Part shown: one piece after another, positions 9,381 through 20,269 of the stretch | Layout: each line of letters begins with the position of its first letter | How positions within the stretch are numbered: the first letter of the stretch is position 1 | Assembly (NCBI GenBank): GCA_965248055.1 | Contig: CBDFIJ010000004.1 | Span: forward strand, 2,080,001-2,144,000 | Direction of reading: 5' to 3' | Source of the DNA: Candidatus Multivoradales bacterium | GTDB taxonomy: Bacteria; Acidobacteriota; Thermoanaerobaculia; Multivoradales; JAHEKO01 | DNA length: 64,000 bases | The notes under the pieces: generated by a model | What the model saw: only the letters and a program-made list of their open reading frames with translations | Database searches by the model: none | What the model was told of the DNA's origin: nothing | Translations under genes and position numbers: made by a program

Positions 9381-10448
9381 TTGACCAACGTGCCTGACTC
9401 ATCGTCCACCTTGCTACCGATCCACGATCGTTTGCAAATTCCGGGGTTTTCGATCGGCCATGAGCAGGACACGGTTGGCAAGACCGGGGTTTCAGTGATT
9501 TTGTCTCCACAGGGAGCGGTGGGCGCGGCTGAGGTACAGGGAACTGCGACCGGCACCCGGCAGTTCGATTCGCTGGTCGACCCGGGACACATCGCCAGTC
9601 GGGTCCACGGCTTGGTGTTCGCGGGTGGCAGCGGCTTCGGATTGGGCGCCGCAGATGGCGTGGTTTCTTTCTTGGAGTCGCGATCAGCAGGGTTTGATAC
9701 CGGCGTCCGCAGGGTCCCCCTGGTACCGACGGCAATTTTGTTTGACTTGGCTTTCGGCGACGCTCAGGTAGCGCCTACCGCTGGAATGGCTCAGCAAGCT
9801 GCGGAAAACGCCAGCGACGGACAGCAGGCGATGGGATCGATCGGGGCGGGTACCGGAGCCACGGTGGGCAAAGCCAACGGACCGGCCTGTGCGATGAAGG
9901 GTGGTATCGGTTTCGCGGCTTGCGAAATCCCCGGGGGTGCCCAGGTTGCAGTTCTGGTCGTGGTCAATTCCTTGGGAGATGTCGTGGATCCGTCCAACGG
10001 AGAGCCGGTCGCTGGCTGCCGTATCTCACCGGACAGCCGACAGCGAGATAGCGCCCGTCGGCTATTGCTCAATCCGCCTCCAGAACACGCCTGGGATGGC
10101 AATACCACCCTAGTGGCGGTGCTCACCGATGCGGGGTTGTCGCGGGTGGCTTTGCAGAAGGTCTGCACCATGGCCTTTGGCGGCGTGTCCCGAGCCATTG
10201 ACCCAGCCTTGACCCAGTACGATGGTGACTTGGTGGTGGCACTGTCGATGGGAGAACGCTCTGCTCACCCGCATCAAGTGGGCGTCGCGGCGCAGATTCT
10301 GGTCGCAGAGGCAATTGTCAGGGCGGTGGTTGAGGCCGACGGCTTTGGCTTGCTGCCCAACACTAGGGCCAGCATCAAGTCGGCTGCCATGCCCGGTGCG
10401 ACGACCGGCAGGACGACCAGCACGGCGGCGAGCAAAGACCGACCATGA
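9381..10448 (+). CDS. P1/S58 family peptidase (DmpA-like)
   Basis: TGVSVIL, GGSGFGL, GAGTGATVGK, NTTL, DGD motifs. Confidence 0.9.
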   Translation: MTNVPDSSSTLLPIHDRLQIPGFSIGHEQDTVGKTGVSVILSPQGAVGAAEVQGTATGTRQFDSLVDPGHIASRVHGLVFAGGSGFGLGAADGVVSFLESRSAGFDTGVRRVPLVPTAILFDLAFGDAQVAPTAGMAQQAAENASDGQQAMGSIGAGTGATVGKANGPACAMKGGIGFAACEIPGGAQVAVLVVVNSLGDVVDPSNGEPVAGCRISPDSRQRDSARRLLLNPPPEHAWDGNTTLVAVLTDAGLSRVALQKVCTMAFGGVSRAIDPALTQYDGDLVVALSMGERSAHPHQVGVAAQILVAEAIVRAVVEADGFGLLPNTRASIKSAAMPGATTGRTTSTAASKDRP

Positions 10449-12055
10449 ATTGGCAATGGACAAAACCTCCGGTGCTCGCGGCCCTGACTGCCGGCGCGTT
10501 GGTCGTATTGGTCGGGGTCTGCTTGTGGAATTGGCGAGAGAGCTTCGCTTGGTGGACGATCGTTTGGTGGCTATTCGCCTTGGTCATGATTCAAAGATCT
10601 CGTGTGGAGCTGGGAGCGGTGGCGATCAGCCCGGCGATCTTGCTGCAACCGACCGTCGGTTTACCCCTGGTGGTTTTGGCCAGTGCGACTTCGATGGCTC
10701 TGGCTCGCCGACCTGCTTGGGTAACTCCCCCTGAATCCACGAAGAACCCGAACCGGCTCGAAATGGTAATCCCCAGATTACTTGCCGCATTGCCCGTGAT
10801 GCTGGCGATGCTTGTCGGCGGAATGGCCTGGGCTCGGCTGGCGAGAGAAGGCAAGTGGTTGCTTGCGATCACGGTCGCGACAGTGCTTTCGTGGGCGGTG
10901 GGCCGAGGCGCCGAGATTCTTGTTGGGCGAAGCCACGTGCTGCACTCGGGAGAGTGGGTGCGGCTCCTTTGGTGGCTGGCCGCTTGGGCCACGGGAGCTG
11001 TATTGGTGCAGGCGGCCACCGTGAACAGGGTCTGGCTTGCGGTCGGGTTGGTGGCAATCGTGGCTGTTCACCGCGAGGCTACCTGGAGTGAGAATCTTTC
11101 CCCCGACACCATCCGGCGTACCGCCGAGGTTCCGATCTGGGTGGAAGAGGTCTACGGGCTGGTCTTGGAAGCTACCGGATGCTCTTGGTTCGAATTGCGC
11201 ATGGTGGTCAACGGAGCGGCCGAGAGATGGTCTGCGGGGCCCAAGAAAGAACTGATCCCTGGCCCAGCCCAACCTCCTGCTCGGCCGCCGGTTCGATTCG
11301 GCATCCACCGGCGTCCGCGTTGGCTGGCCGAGAGAAAAGGATTCGACAGTGGAGCTAGCGAGGCGGAAGTGTTGCTTTGGCTCGACCCGCGGCAGTTTCG
11401 TCCGGGCGCTCTCGACAGCCGACTGATGGACGAGATCGAGCGGGCGGTGGCTGCCGGGCGGTTCCGCAGCGCAGCCGACCGCTTGCCTGGGGGGCGATTG
11501 GTCGATCGCCAGCAGGTCTTGGAGCTATTGAACGGAGCCTTTGCCAGCGCTCGCGACCAAGGCAGCTCGGTGGCGGTGGCATTGGTCGGTCTAGATCACG
11601 CCAAGGAGATTCAAGAGATTCACGGCACCGAAGCAGGGGAGCAGGCGGTGGCAAAGATCGGCGACGTGTTCACCGAGTTGCTTGGCAACCAAGATGCGGT
11701 TTGTCGCTACGGCGGCGAAGAGTTCTTGCTGTTATTGCTGGGACGGGACGGGGGCTCGGCAGTGGTGCTGAGTGATCAGATTCGGAGCGGAGTTCAAGAA
11801 TGCCAATTGCAGGTCGATGGCGAGCCGATTCCTCTCACCGCCAGCGTCGGCATTGCTGCCTACCCTGAGGTCTACGTAGCCAAAGCCTCGGAGCTCATAC
11901 CGATGGCGGACTCGGCGCTTTATGAAGCCCGTCGTGGTGGCAAGAGTGGATCGCTGCTGGCCACCGGACGTGGCCAGTTTCGAGATCTCGAAGGCGACAT
12001 CGTCGAAGGCAGTGCAGAGAGCGATGAAGTTGCCGCGCCACGCTTGTTTGTTTGA
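10445..12055 (+). CDS. membrane-bound diguanylate cyclase (GGDEF domain)
   Basis: Multiple N-terminal TM helices; RYGGEEF, SVGIA, ADSALYEA. Confidence 0.85.
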   Translation: MNWQWTKPPVLAALTAGALVVLVGVCLWNWRESFAWWTIVWWLFALVMIQRSRVELGAVAISPAILLQPTVGLPLVVLASATSMALARRPAWVTPPESTKNPNRLEMVIPRLLAALPVMLAMLVGGMAWARLAREGKWLLAITVATVLSWAVGRGAEILVGRSHVLHSGEWVRLLWWLAAWATGAVLVQAATVNRVWLAVGLVAIVAVHREATWSENLSPDTIRRTAEVPIWVEEVYGLVLEATGCSWFELRMVVNGAAERWSAGPKKELIPGPAQPPARPPVRFGIHRRPRWLAERKGFDSGASEAEVLLWLDPRQFRPGALDSRLMDEIERAVAAGRFRSAADRLPGGRLVDRQQVLELLNGAFASARDQGSSVAVALVGLDHAKEIQEIHGTEAGEQAVAKIGDVFTELLGNQDAVCRYGGEEFLLLLLGRDGGSAVVLSDQIRSGVQECQLQVDGEPIPLTASVGIAAYPEVYVAKASELIPMADSALYEARRGGKSGSLLATGRGQFRDLEGDIVEGSAESDEVAAPRLFV

Positions 12056-12060
12056 ATCGC

Positions 12061-13077
12061 TTAGCAGTCCAACAGAGCCTCAGGCAGGTCACGTAGGTTT
12101 AGTTTTTCGACGGGCATAAGCCCTTTGGTCTTCACTAATTTGGCGCGGTGAAGAAAATTACCTAGAGACGCAACGGGTTCGAGCTGTCGAAGGTTCAATG
12201 TAACCAGCGTAGCTCGCGGGATCGCTACCGAGAGGACGCATATGTTCGCGAGGTGTCCTGTCTGAGGGTCTAAGCGTCTGTCTTCTACATGTACAAGGGC
12301 GATCTCGATGGGAAGAAGGGCGAAGAGATCTTGTGCGACACGAAGGACGGCGCTGCAGATATGATTTTGATAGAGACGATAGAAGCTGCCTTTTGGCATA
12401 GCTTTGACGGAGAGTTTCCCACTTTTTAGTAGTGTTTTTTGGCTTGCAGGAAGTTCGGATTCACTTCTGCCCAGAATCGTAGCCTCCACGACGTCAGGCA
12501 CTTCTACCCGGAAATCGAAATGGGAAGCGACTGAGGGAAGCTTTGTAAAAGAACCTAAGTCGCGAATCACGTCCAAATAGGCCTGTAGGTTCTCTCTTGC
12601 ACATACCTCTGCAGCCAACTTTGTAGTTCTTTCCCACTCCAGGTGCGCCTTATCGTAGGAACCGATTGCCGCTAGGTTCTCTTTCTCGTCCTCCAGTCTG
12701 CAGTGTTCCCAGTGTTCCTCCAGTCTTTTCCTCGCTGTTTCCTCCCGGCGGAAGAGTCTGTCTATAGGTGACGATGAATAGGAGTCGATTTTTGACTGAG
12801 CTTCTATTTGTCGAGATGTCGTTTTGGTTGGTGGTTGGGGCGCGGGCTTGCTCTTGAGTATTTCCCAGTCGATAGATCTCACGCATTGAGTATGTAGCGT
12901 TCTTAGGCCGACAATTTCTTCTTCGAAGGCTTCAACCTCTGCTTCGGCTTGTAGATATTCAGCATTTTTTTGTCTCGTCGCTTCTTTTTTGTCTCGTGCC
13001 CTGCTTGCTTGATCAGATGCGCGCTGAGCCGCACGGTACGCAGATCGCACTTTGCGAACGTCACCTTTCCACCCCAT
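12061..13077 (-). CDS. hypothetical coiled-coil protein, AT-richer than flanks
   Basis: 338 aa ORF with AGGGAGGA RBS. Confidence 0.75.
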   Translation of the reverse strand: MGWKGDVRKVRSAYRAAQRASDQASRARDKKEATRQKNAEYLQAEAEVEAFEEEIVGLRTLHTQCVRSIDWEILKSKPAPQPPTKTTSRQIEAQSKIDSYSSSPIDRLFRREETARKRLEEHWEHCRLEDEKENLAAIGSYDKAHLEWERTTKLAAEVCARENLQAYLDVIRDLGSFTKLPSVASHFDFRVEVPDVVEATILGRSESELPASQKTLLKSGKLSVKAMPKGSFYRLYQNHICSAVLRVAQDLFALLPIEIALVHVEDRRLDPQTGHLANICVLSVAIPRATLVTLNLRQLEPVASLGNFLHRAKLVKTKGLMPVEKLNLRDLPEALLDC

Positions 13078-13164
13078 TGGATCCTCCCTTTTCTGTCAAG
13101 CGTACTTTATGACAAAGAACTGCTGGGTGTTACCAGTAGTTCAGGGTAGAAGTGGACGGGAGAC

Positions 13165-13686
13165 TTAGTGCAGTTGGGGGAATTTGGCTGGCCAAAGAGC
13201 GCCGTCCAAGATCACCGTGTGAAAGGCGAACAGCCCCATGCCGATAACCGCCAGTAAGTAACTCAAGCTTGACCCAGACTGGCTGTACCAGATCGTCAAG
13301 AGTAGCCACAGACTGCCCAAGGCCACCAAGCCCAACACCACCCGAATCAACCACCAACCCCCAAAACTGGGGTCGCTGGCGTAGAGTAAGGTGGCGGGCA
13401 GCCAGATTGCCGAGGGAATCAAGATCAACAGTAGGCTGAGGTGAATCGCCTGCCAAGTGCCGGTGGAAAATGAACTCTCGGTCCGCTGCACGTAGGCCAC
13501 CATAGCCAGGTAGCCAAGAGCGGCGGCAAGCATCGAGACACCGTACACCGGCCGCCAAGACGTCGGCACACCGCTCCACATCTGTGGCATCTCCGCTCAG
13601 TGGGTGAGAAATCCCCAGAAATAACTGCCAAGTACCGCAACTCCACCGGCCACATTGAGCATCCAGAAGATCGTACGCTGGCTCAC
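13165..13686 (-). pseudogene. membrane protein interrupted by in-frame TGA
   Basis: GTG 13686 MSQRTIFWMLNVAGGVAVLGSYFWGFLTH-TGA(13597-13599)-AEMPQMWSGVP continues in frame. Confidence 0.6.
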
Positions 13687-13745
13687 TGTCGCGCAGTGTA
13701 GTCGCAGTACCGTATGGTCGTCACTGTGCGGTCGTCGAAACTGTT

Positions 13746-14654
13746 CTAGACCAAAGGCGACAAGGCGCATGGGGCCAGCTCCGCCTGCGGTCGTCCCAAT
13801 CGCAGTCCCACGGTGCTGTTCTCTAGCATCTCCGCCGGAGCCTCAGAGTCGGCCAGCCCCAGCCATTCGGCTCGATTCTTTGCCGTTGCTTCGCCGATCC
13901 AGGACACAGCCTGATCGGCGACCAGCAGATCCAAGTGATCGAAGGGCAGAAACCAGACCGACGACGGATCGTCCAAGTGGCAGCGATCGCTGGCCTGCTG
14001 ACCCAACTCGGCGACCTGTTGGTGGAGAATCGGTGTCGCCGACAGCCAAGCGTCGCGGAAAGCGCCGCGCGGAGGGTCGATCTTGATCTGCGCCTCCATG
14101 GACGAAGACCAAAAGCAGGGTTCGGCACCCACGTCAGAAGACGGCAGAAGCGAACTTTCTACCCAATGTTGGGTTTCCGGACTGGAACAGGCCTCGATGG
14201 GCTGCCCATCGGCCCTTGCCATTCGGCGTCTATGCACGGCGCCTAGATCTTGAATTAAGGCGTCGCCGAAAACTGGAACCCAAGAGGTCAGGTTTGCGCG
14301 CAGTTGTTGCCACGAATCAGAGGATTCGTTAGCAGCGATTAACGCCGGTGGCTCGGAGCTACGCAAGTGCATCCGCTGGCGATGGAACCACAGCGCAGAA
14401 ACGGTTCTGCGATTCAAAGATGTTCGATCATCGGATCCAGGACGCAAGACCAAGTCGTCCAGTGGGTCGTGGAGATTGCCCTGAAAATAGGGTCGCAGGT
14501 GGACGAAACGGATCGGATCTGAGTCCGGAACGGGGCACCCCAGGTGATAGCGCGCGTAGCGCCAGGCCGAATGAAAGCCGTGACGAAATATGGTGCACCC
14601 GAGATGGGTGAAGGGTGGCAGCGCTCCGGGGAAGAAGAACGCGCGGCTGAGCAA
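13746..14654 (-). CDS. hypothetical protein
   Basis: 302 aa ORF directly downstream of trkH. Confidence 0.6.
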   Translation of the reverse strand: MLSRAFFFPGALPPFTHLGCTIFRHGFHSAWRYARYHLGCPVPDSDPIRFVHLRPYFQGNLHDPLDDLVLRPGSDDRTSLNRRTVSALWFHRQRMHLRSSEPPALIAANESSDSWQQLRANLTSWVPVFGDALIQDLGAVHRRRMARADGQPIEACSSPETQHWVESSLLPSSDVGAEPCFWSSSMEAQIKIDPPRGAFRDAWLSATPILHQQVAELGQQASDRCHLDDPSSVWFLPFDHLDLLVADQAVSWIGEATAKNRAEWLGLADSEAPAEMLENSTVGLRLGRPQAELAPCALSPLV

Positions 14655-14683
14655 GAGAGATCCCTATCCAGGTAGCCCAGCGT

Positions 14684-16138
14684 CTAACGACGCCAGAACA
14701 TCGGCGTAACCAGCGCCGCGAACGAGTAGAGTTCCAAGCGACCCATCCACATCAAGACCACCATCAGCAACTTGTGAGCGTCGCTAAAGAAAGCGAAATT
14801 GTCGGTGGGTCCGACTTGCCCCAACCCCGGGCCAATATTGCCTAAGGTTGCCGCCGCAGCAGTTGCCGCTGTGACGATGTCGGGACTGCCGATCGAGAGC
14901 AATACCGAGCCGATGCCCCAACTGGACAAGTAGAGAATAAAGAAACCGACCACCGCCTTGGCCACCGAGTCCGGCACCGCCTTGCCACCGACAAAGACGC
15001 TAAAGATGGTGCTGGGAGAGAAGATCTGTTTGACCTCGCGGAAGGCGGTCTTGACACCGATCACCATGCGCATGATCTTCATCGACCCCGAGGTCGACCC
15101 GGCGCAGCCACCGACGAACATCAGAACCACTAGCAGCAAGGTCGAGAAGGTTGGCCAAGCCTCGAAATCGGCGGTGCCGAATCCGGTAGTAGTAGTGATC
15201 GAGACCAACTGGAACACCGAATCAAGAATTGCTCGTAATGGCGAACTATAGGTTCCATGAAATAGAAGATCGGTTGTCACTGCGATTACGCCACCAGCCA
15301 GGATGCCCAAATAGACGCGAAATTCCGTGTCGCGAAAAAAGACCTTCAACCGCTCGCGGGGAACTGCAAGAAACAAAGAAAAATTGGTTCCGGCGACGAT
15401 CATGAAAAGGATGATGATCAACTCCACGGCCACCGAATCAAAGGCTGCCACCGATTCAGCCCGCGGAGAAAAACCCCCGGTGGACAAGGTTGAGAAGGTG
15501 TGAGTCAGGGCGTCATAGAGATTCATCCCTGCCAGCATCAGCAACACCGTTTCGAGTGCGGTGAATCCCAGGTAAACTTTCCACAGCACGGCGGCGGTTT
15601 CGCTGATCCGAGGACCGACAGTCTCTGCCTTGGGTCCGGGTACTTCCAGGCGATACAAGAAGCGCGCGCCGGGGCCCAACTGCGGTAGCAGCGCGACGAA
15701 AAGAACCACAATCCCCATGCCTCCCAGCCATTGAGTGAAACTGCGCCAAAAAAGAATTGCCCGATCGGCGGCTTCAATGTCGATCAAGATGGTGGCCCCG
15801 GTGGTGGAAAAACCGGAAGCAGATTCAAACACCGCGTCGGCGACCGAGTGAACGGTTCCAGCGATCAGAAAGGGTAGGGCGCCAAACAAAGAAGCGAGTA
15901 CCCAGCCACCGACCACGATCAGGATTCCCTCGCGTCGAAAAAGCTCGGCGTCGCGCTGGGGGCGAATCGCGAAAGCGAGCAAGGCGCCGACTACTCCGGT
16001 GACGATTGCGGAAATGGAAAAAGCGTTGATCGATTGAGGTTCACCGTAGATCGCGGCTACCGCCAACGGCGCCAACTGTGCGACCGCTAGCAGCAGTACC
16101 AAGCGACCGAGAATACGAAGCGCTGAGCGATAACTCAC
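14684..16138 (-). CDS. trkH: Trk potassium uptake membrane protein
   Basis: FESASGFSTTGAT, STGGFS, TTTGF, GNIGPG pore motifs. Confidence 0.95.
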   Translation of the reverse strand: MSYRSALRILGRLVLLLAVAQLAPLAVAAIYGEPQSINAFSISAIVTGVVGALLAFAIRPQRDAELFRREGILIVVGGWVLASLFGALPFLIAGTVHSVADAVFESASGFSTTGATILIDIEAADRAILFWRSFTQWLGGMGIVVLFVALLPQLGPGARFLYRLEVPGPKAETVGPRISETAAVLWKVYLGFTALETVLLMLAGMNLYDALTHTFSTLSTGGFSPRAESVAAFDSVAVELIIILFMIVAGTNFSLFLAVPRERLKVFFRDTEFRVYLGILAGGVIAVTTDLLFHGTYSSPLRAILDSVFQLVSITTTTGFGTADFEAWPTFSTLLLVVLMFVGGCAGSTSGSMKIMRMVIGVKTAFREVKQIFSPSTIFSVFVGGKAVPDSVAKAVVGFFILYLSSWGIGSVLLSIGSPDIVTAATAAAATLGNIGPGLGQVGPTDNFAFFSDAHKLLMVVLMWMGRLELYSFAALVTPMFWRR

Positions 16139-17502
16139 GAAGCTAGTTCCGGCTCCTTGCCGGGAAACAGCAGGCGGGCGGTGTCTACTTCACTCTTGTG
16201 CACGAACAAGATCACCGTGTCGTCGACCTCAAGCCGATCTTTGCCACGCGGGACAAATACCCGTTCGCCGCGCACCACAGCTCCGACGATCAAGCCACGC
16301 GGAGGACTAATTTCAGCCAAGCTGCAGCCAGCGACCGGAGAGGCCGCTGCCAGCTTTCGCTCGGTGACAAAGGCGTCGCCTTGTTTGAGAGAGACGATCT
16401 CAGCGGTGTAGCCGCTGTCGATATAACGATGGATATGTTGGTAGGCGAGGGCGCGAGGCGAGATCACCTGGGCCAAACCGACTCGTTTCCACAGCCTAGA
16501 AGTATCCGACCGTTGCACCAGCGCCATCACCTGGGGAACCCCCAGGTCTTGAGCCTGCAAGCTCGCCATCAAGTTTCCTTCGTCATTGCCCGAAAGAGCG
16601 ACGAAGGTCCGCGCATCAGCCACTCCCTCGGCCCGCAACAGCGGCATGTCGGTGGCGTCACCATTGAGAATTTCGACCCCAGGGAACATTTGCGACAACT
16701 GCGTTGCCCGTTCTCTTTTGATTTCAATCACTTTGACCTGGGCGCCGATGCCAACCAGAGAGCGAACGATGGTTTCTCCGGTGTTTCCAGCGCCGGCAAT
16801 GACCACCGTGCCGAGGTCTGCGGGAGCCGAAGTGGCGGTGCGCTCCGCGGTGCGAATTACTTCGGTGGTCCCCAAGATCAGCGCGTCGTCCCCGGGTTCA
16901 GCTCGATCTTCTCCAGAGGGGACGATCAATTTGTTGCCGCGAAACAACCCCACCACCAGACTGTCCTGGGGCAGGTTGACCTTGGAAAGTGGTTGCCGCG
17001 TCAGAGGCGAGTTGGCGTCCAGGTGGATCTTGCGCAGTTGGACTTTTCCTTCAGCCAAGTACTCCACAGCCATGGTGTTGTGACCGCGAATGTAATTGAG
17101 GACTCGAGTTGTGGTGAGCAGTTGGGTGCTGAGCAACAGGTCGACCCGAAACAGGTCTTCAAGCACCGCGCGGTCGCGCACCACTTCTTCTGCTACTCCC
17201 ATTCGCACTACGGTTCTCTTGGCTCCCATCTCTTTGGCCAACAGAGCTGCGGCCAAGTTGGCTTCATCCGAAGAGGAAACAGCCATAAACAGATCTGCCG
17301 AAGCGACGCCAGCGGCTAACAGGGTCGGTGGATGGGCCCCATTGCCGTGGACTACCGGTACATCCAAGAGATCTTCGGTGCGTGCTTTCTTGGCCGAAGA
17401 AAGTTCGATCACCACCACATCGTTACCTTCTTCGCTGAGTGATCGAGCAAGATGGAAACCGACCTCGCCGGCGCCCATGACCACAAATCGCTGCCTTTCC
17501 AT
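16135..17502 (-). CDS. trkA: Trk potassium uptake regulatory protein
   Basis: Two RCK units GAGEVG and GAGNTG; coupled to trkH. Confidence 0.95.
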   Translation of the reverse strand: MERQRFVVMGAGEVGFHLARSLSEEGNDVVVIELSSAKKARTEDLLDVPVVHGNGAHPPTLLAAGVASADLFMAVSSSDEANLAAALLAKEMGAKRTVVRMGVAEEVVRDRAVLEDLFRVDLLLSTQLLTTTRVLNYIRGHNTMAVEYLAEGKVQLRKIHLDANSPLTRQPLSKVNLPQDSLVVGLFRGNKLIVPSGEDRAEPGDDALILGTTEVIRTAERTATSAPADLGTVVIAGAGNTGETIVRSLVGIGAQVKVIEIKRERATQLSQMFPGVEILNGDATDMPLLRAEGVADARTFVALSGNDEGNLMASLQAQDLGVPQVMALVQRSDTSRLWKRVGLAQVISPRALAYQHIHRYIDSGYTAEIVSLKQGDAFVTERKLAAASPVAGCSLAEISPPRGLIVGAVVRGERVFVPRGKDRLEVDDTVILFVHKSEVDTARLLFPGKEPELAS

Positions 17503-17718
17503 AGTTCCTTCCTAGCGAGCTGATGTTGAATCGACGATCGATATCATCAATTTTCCAGGGTTGTCTTGGGCTCGCATCGAGTTGATTCTGCGAGGTATCA
17601 AGAGCGGTGTCCAGGGCGACATTGGGAAATATCTCGATTTCAGTCGCAAAAATGTTTGACAGTCAACTGCGCTAAGCGTCAAAGTCAGCGCGTTGCGGTT
17701 CTCTTAAGGAGGTTTCCA

Positions 17719-20148
17719 ATGCCCTCAATCAAGAAATGGACTCTGATCTCGATGGTCGCTTTTTCGATCATGACCACCGCCTTGGTTGCCCAAGGAGCGG
17801 GTGATGTCGAAGGTGCCGTCACCGGCGGCGACGGAGTTGGAATTCCCGGAGTGACGGTGGTGGTCAATGAGGCGGGAATGGCCGGAATCACCGGTAGCAA
17901 CGGCGCCTACAGCGTCAAGCGAGTTCCCGAAGGAACCTACTCTATGACCTTCTCTCTCGGCACTCGGGTCTTGCTCAGCGAAGGGGTCGAGGTCAGCGCC
18001 GGGCAAACCACGGTGGCCGACATGGAGACCGACTGGGAAGTGTCTTTCGCTGACACCATCACGGTGTTTTCAGCGTCGAGACGCCCCGAGAGAATCGTCG
18101 AAGCTCCGGCCGCGGTCACGGTGATCCCTGCCGAGGAGATTGAACGCGAAGCTTCGCACGGACAGCTTCCTAAACTGTTGGAGTTCACTCCCGGGGCTGA
18201 GGTCACCCAAAGCGGCCTGTACGACTACAACTTCAATACTCGCGGATTTAATAGCTCGCTCAACCGTCGGGTCGCCACGCTGGTGGATGGGAGGGATCCT
18301 TCGGTGCCCTTCTTGGGTGCTCAGGAGTGGTCCTCGGTTTCTTTTCCGTTGGACGACCTGGAGAATATCGAGTTTGTGCGCGGCCCGGCCGCAGCCTTGT
18401 ACGGTGCCAATGCTTCCAGTGGTGTCCTCAACATGACCACCAAACGCCCCAAAAATAGCCAGGGCGGAACCCTGCGCATCGCGGCGGGTGAACTGGAGAC
18501 TTTGAACGCTGATCTTCGTTGGGCCACCGACTTGGGTCGCGAGTGGTACGTCAAATTCAACGGCGGTTTGAGACAGAGTGGAGATTTCTCGGTCTCTCGC
18601 AACGGGAGTGTCGAATACGCAGTTCCTTGTCCTGCGGCGGTTGACTGTCTGCCTCTGGAGACACCTCTGACGCACGAAAACGAAGTCGACATTTCGTTTT
18701 TCGGCCTGCGTTTTGACAAGCACTTTGGCGATACGCGGTTGTTGTCGTTGGAGGGCGGTAACGCGGCGGTGGAGGGGCCGTTGTTTCAGACTGGAATTGG
18801 CCGGGTGCAGTTGATCGATGTGGAGCGACCGTGGCTGCGCGCTAACTTCTCCACACCTCGCTGGAACTTGCTGGCTTTTCGTTCCGAGCGCGACGCTCCC
18901 AAGCAAACGGCTCTTTCCAGCGGTAACAACATTTCTCTGATTACCGACAACACTCAGATCGAAGCCCAAGGAAACTGGGAGTTCGCAGACGGTGACGTGC
19001 GGTTGGTGCTGGGAGGCGCTGCGGGTAGCACAGACGTCAGCACCGAAGACCCTGCAACCGGCCGCCAAACGCTGACCTTTGCTCCGGTTTCGACAGATCG
19101 ATCCGCCCTGTTCGGTCAACTCGATTGGTCGATCAACGACAAGGTCAAGCTGGTATTCGCCAGCCGCTACGACGACAGTGACTTGCACGATGGTCAATTT
19201 TCTCCCAAAGCGTCTTTGGTCTATGCGGTCAACGACAATCATTCCCTGCGCTTTACCTTCAACCAAGCCTTCCAGGTACCCAACTATTCGGAGTTCTTTC
19301 TCTATACCGATGTCGCGGCTCCAATTACCGCTCTTGGTGGCCTGGAGGCGGCTCTTTGCACTCCTTTTGGCGTCAACTGTGGCCTTGGCTTGATTCGGGT
19401 GTTGGCGGTCGGCAATGAGACCTTGGACCTGGAAGAGATCGAGACCATGGAGCTTGGCTACACCGGAATACTCGGCAACAACGCTTTCATGACCGTCGAC
19501 TACTACACCAGCGACAACACCAACTTCATTACTGATCTACTGCCGCAGTTTGGAACCTCTCTGGGAAAAATCAACCCTAACCTTGGGCCTTATCAGCCAC
19601 CCGCTGGATTGCCAGCACCGATAGCAGCCGGACTCGCAGATCTGTTGCGAGCGGTACTTGGCTCTAGCTTGTCCAATGGGCCGGATGGTGCCCCGATCTT
19701 TGTTGCTGTCTCCTACACCACCTTTGGTCAGGTGGACACGCAAGGCATCGATCTAGGGCTAACCATGCACCCCGCACTCGGCTGGAGGGTCGACTTCAAC
19801 TACTCGTGGTTTGACTTCGACATTGGCAGTGGCGCCGCGGGCCTCGCCGACATTCTCACCCCCAACTCCCCGGAGACCAAGTTCTCGGCAGGGGTCGCCT
19901 GGGTAGGCGATAAGTTTGATGTTGCGGTGAGCGCTCGCTGGGTGGATGACTTCGAGTGGTTTGTCGGTCCGTTCCAGGGCACGGTGGAGTCCTACACCAC
20001 CGCAGATATCAACGCCAACTACCGAATCGACGAGAGCTGGTCGGTAGGCGTAAATGTCGCCAATGTTCTGGACGATGAACATTGGGAGTCCTTTGGCGGA
20101 GATATCCTGGCCCGTCGAGCTTTGGCTCACATCGCGTTGACTTGGTAA
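17719..20148 (+). CDS. TonB-dependent receptor with N-terminal carboxypeptidase-regulatory-like domain
   Basis: AAGGAGG RBS, signal peptide, plug IEFVRGPAAALYGANA, C-terminal W. Confidence 0.92.
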   Translation: MPSIKKWTLISMVAFSIMTTALVAQGAGDVEGAVTGGDGVGIPGVTVVVNEAGMAGITGSNGAYSVKRVPEGTYSMTFSLGTRVLLSEGVEVSAGQTTVADMETDWEVSFADTITVFSASRRPERIVEAPAAVTVIPAEEIEREASHGQLPKLLEFTPGAEVTQSGLYDYNFNTRGFNSSLNRRVATLVDGRDPSVPFLGAQEWSSVSFPLDDLENIEFVRGPAAALYGANASSGVLNMTTKRPKNSQGGTLRIAAGELETLNADLRWATDLGREWYVKFNGGLRQSGDFSVSRNGSVEYAVPCPAAVDCLPLETPLTHENEVDISFFGLRFDKHFGDTRLLSLEGGNAAVEGPLFQTGIGRVQLIDVERPWLRANFSTPRWNLLAFRSERDAPKQTALSSGNNISLITDNTQIEAQGNWEFADGDVRLVLGGAAGSTDVSTEDPATGRQTLTFAPVSTDRSALFGQLDWSINDKVKLVFASRYDDSDLHDGQFSPKASLVYAVNDNHSLRFTFNQAFQVPNYSEFFLYTDVAAPITALGGLEAALCTPFGVNCGLGLIRVLAVGNETLDLEEIETMELGYTGILGNNAFMTVDYYTSDNTNFITDLLPQFGTSLGKINPNLGPYQPPAGLPAPIAAGLADLLRAVLGSSLSNGPDGAPIFVAVSYTTFGQVDTQGIDLGLTMHPALGWRVDFNYSWFDFDIGSGAAGLADILTPNSPETKFSAGVAWVGDKFDVAVSARWVDDFEWFVGPFQGTVESYTTADINANYRIDESWSVGVNVANVLDDEHWESFGGDILARRALAHIALTW

Positions 20149-20190
20149 CGCAGCGATCGCCAGTTCGAGCGATCACCAGTTCGACTGGAT

Positions 20191-20227
20191 AGTAAAAGGC
20201 GCCTCGGATTCCGAGGCGCCTTTTACT
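20191..20227. terminator. bidirectional intrinsic terminator
   Basis: Perfect hairpin AGTAAAAGGCGCCTCGGA-T-TCCGAGGCGCCTTTTACT between convergent genes. Confidence 0.9.
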
Positions 20228-20269
20228 TGTTTTCTGACGGCGCGGTCGACCGCACCCGCTGTAGAGGAA

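Noticed and set aside
16198-19266. Long antisense ORFs (373 aa, 398 aa) and similar ones over atpD and the GltS-like gene
   Set aside because: Shadow frames of well-supported GC-rich genes
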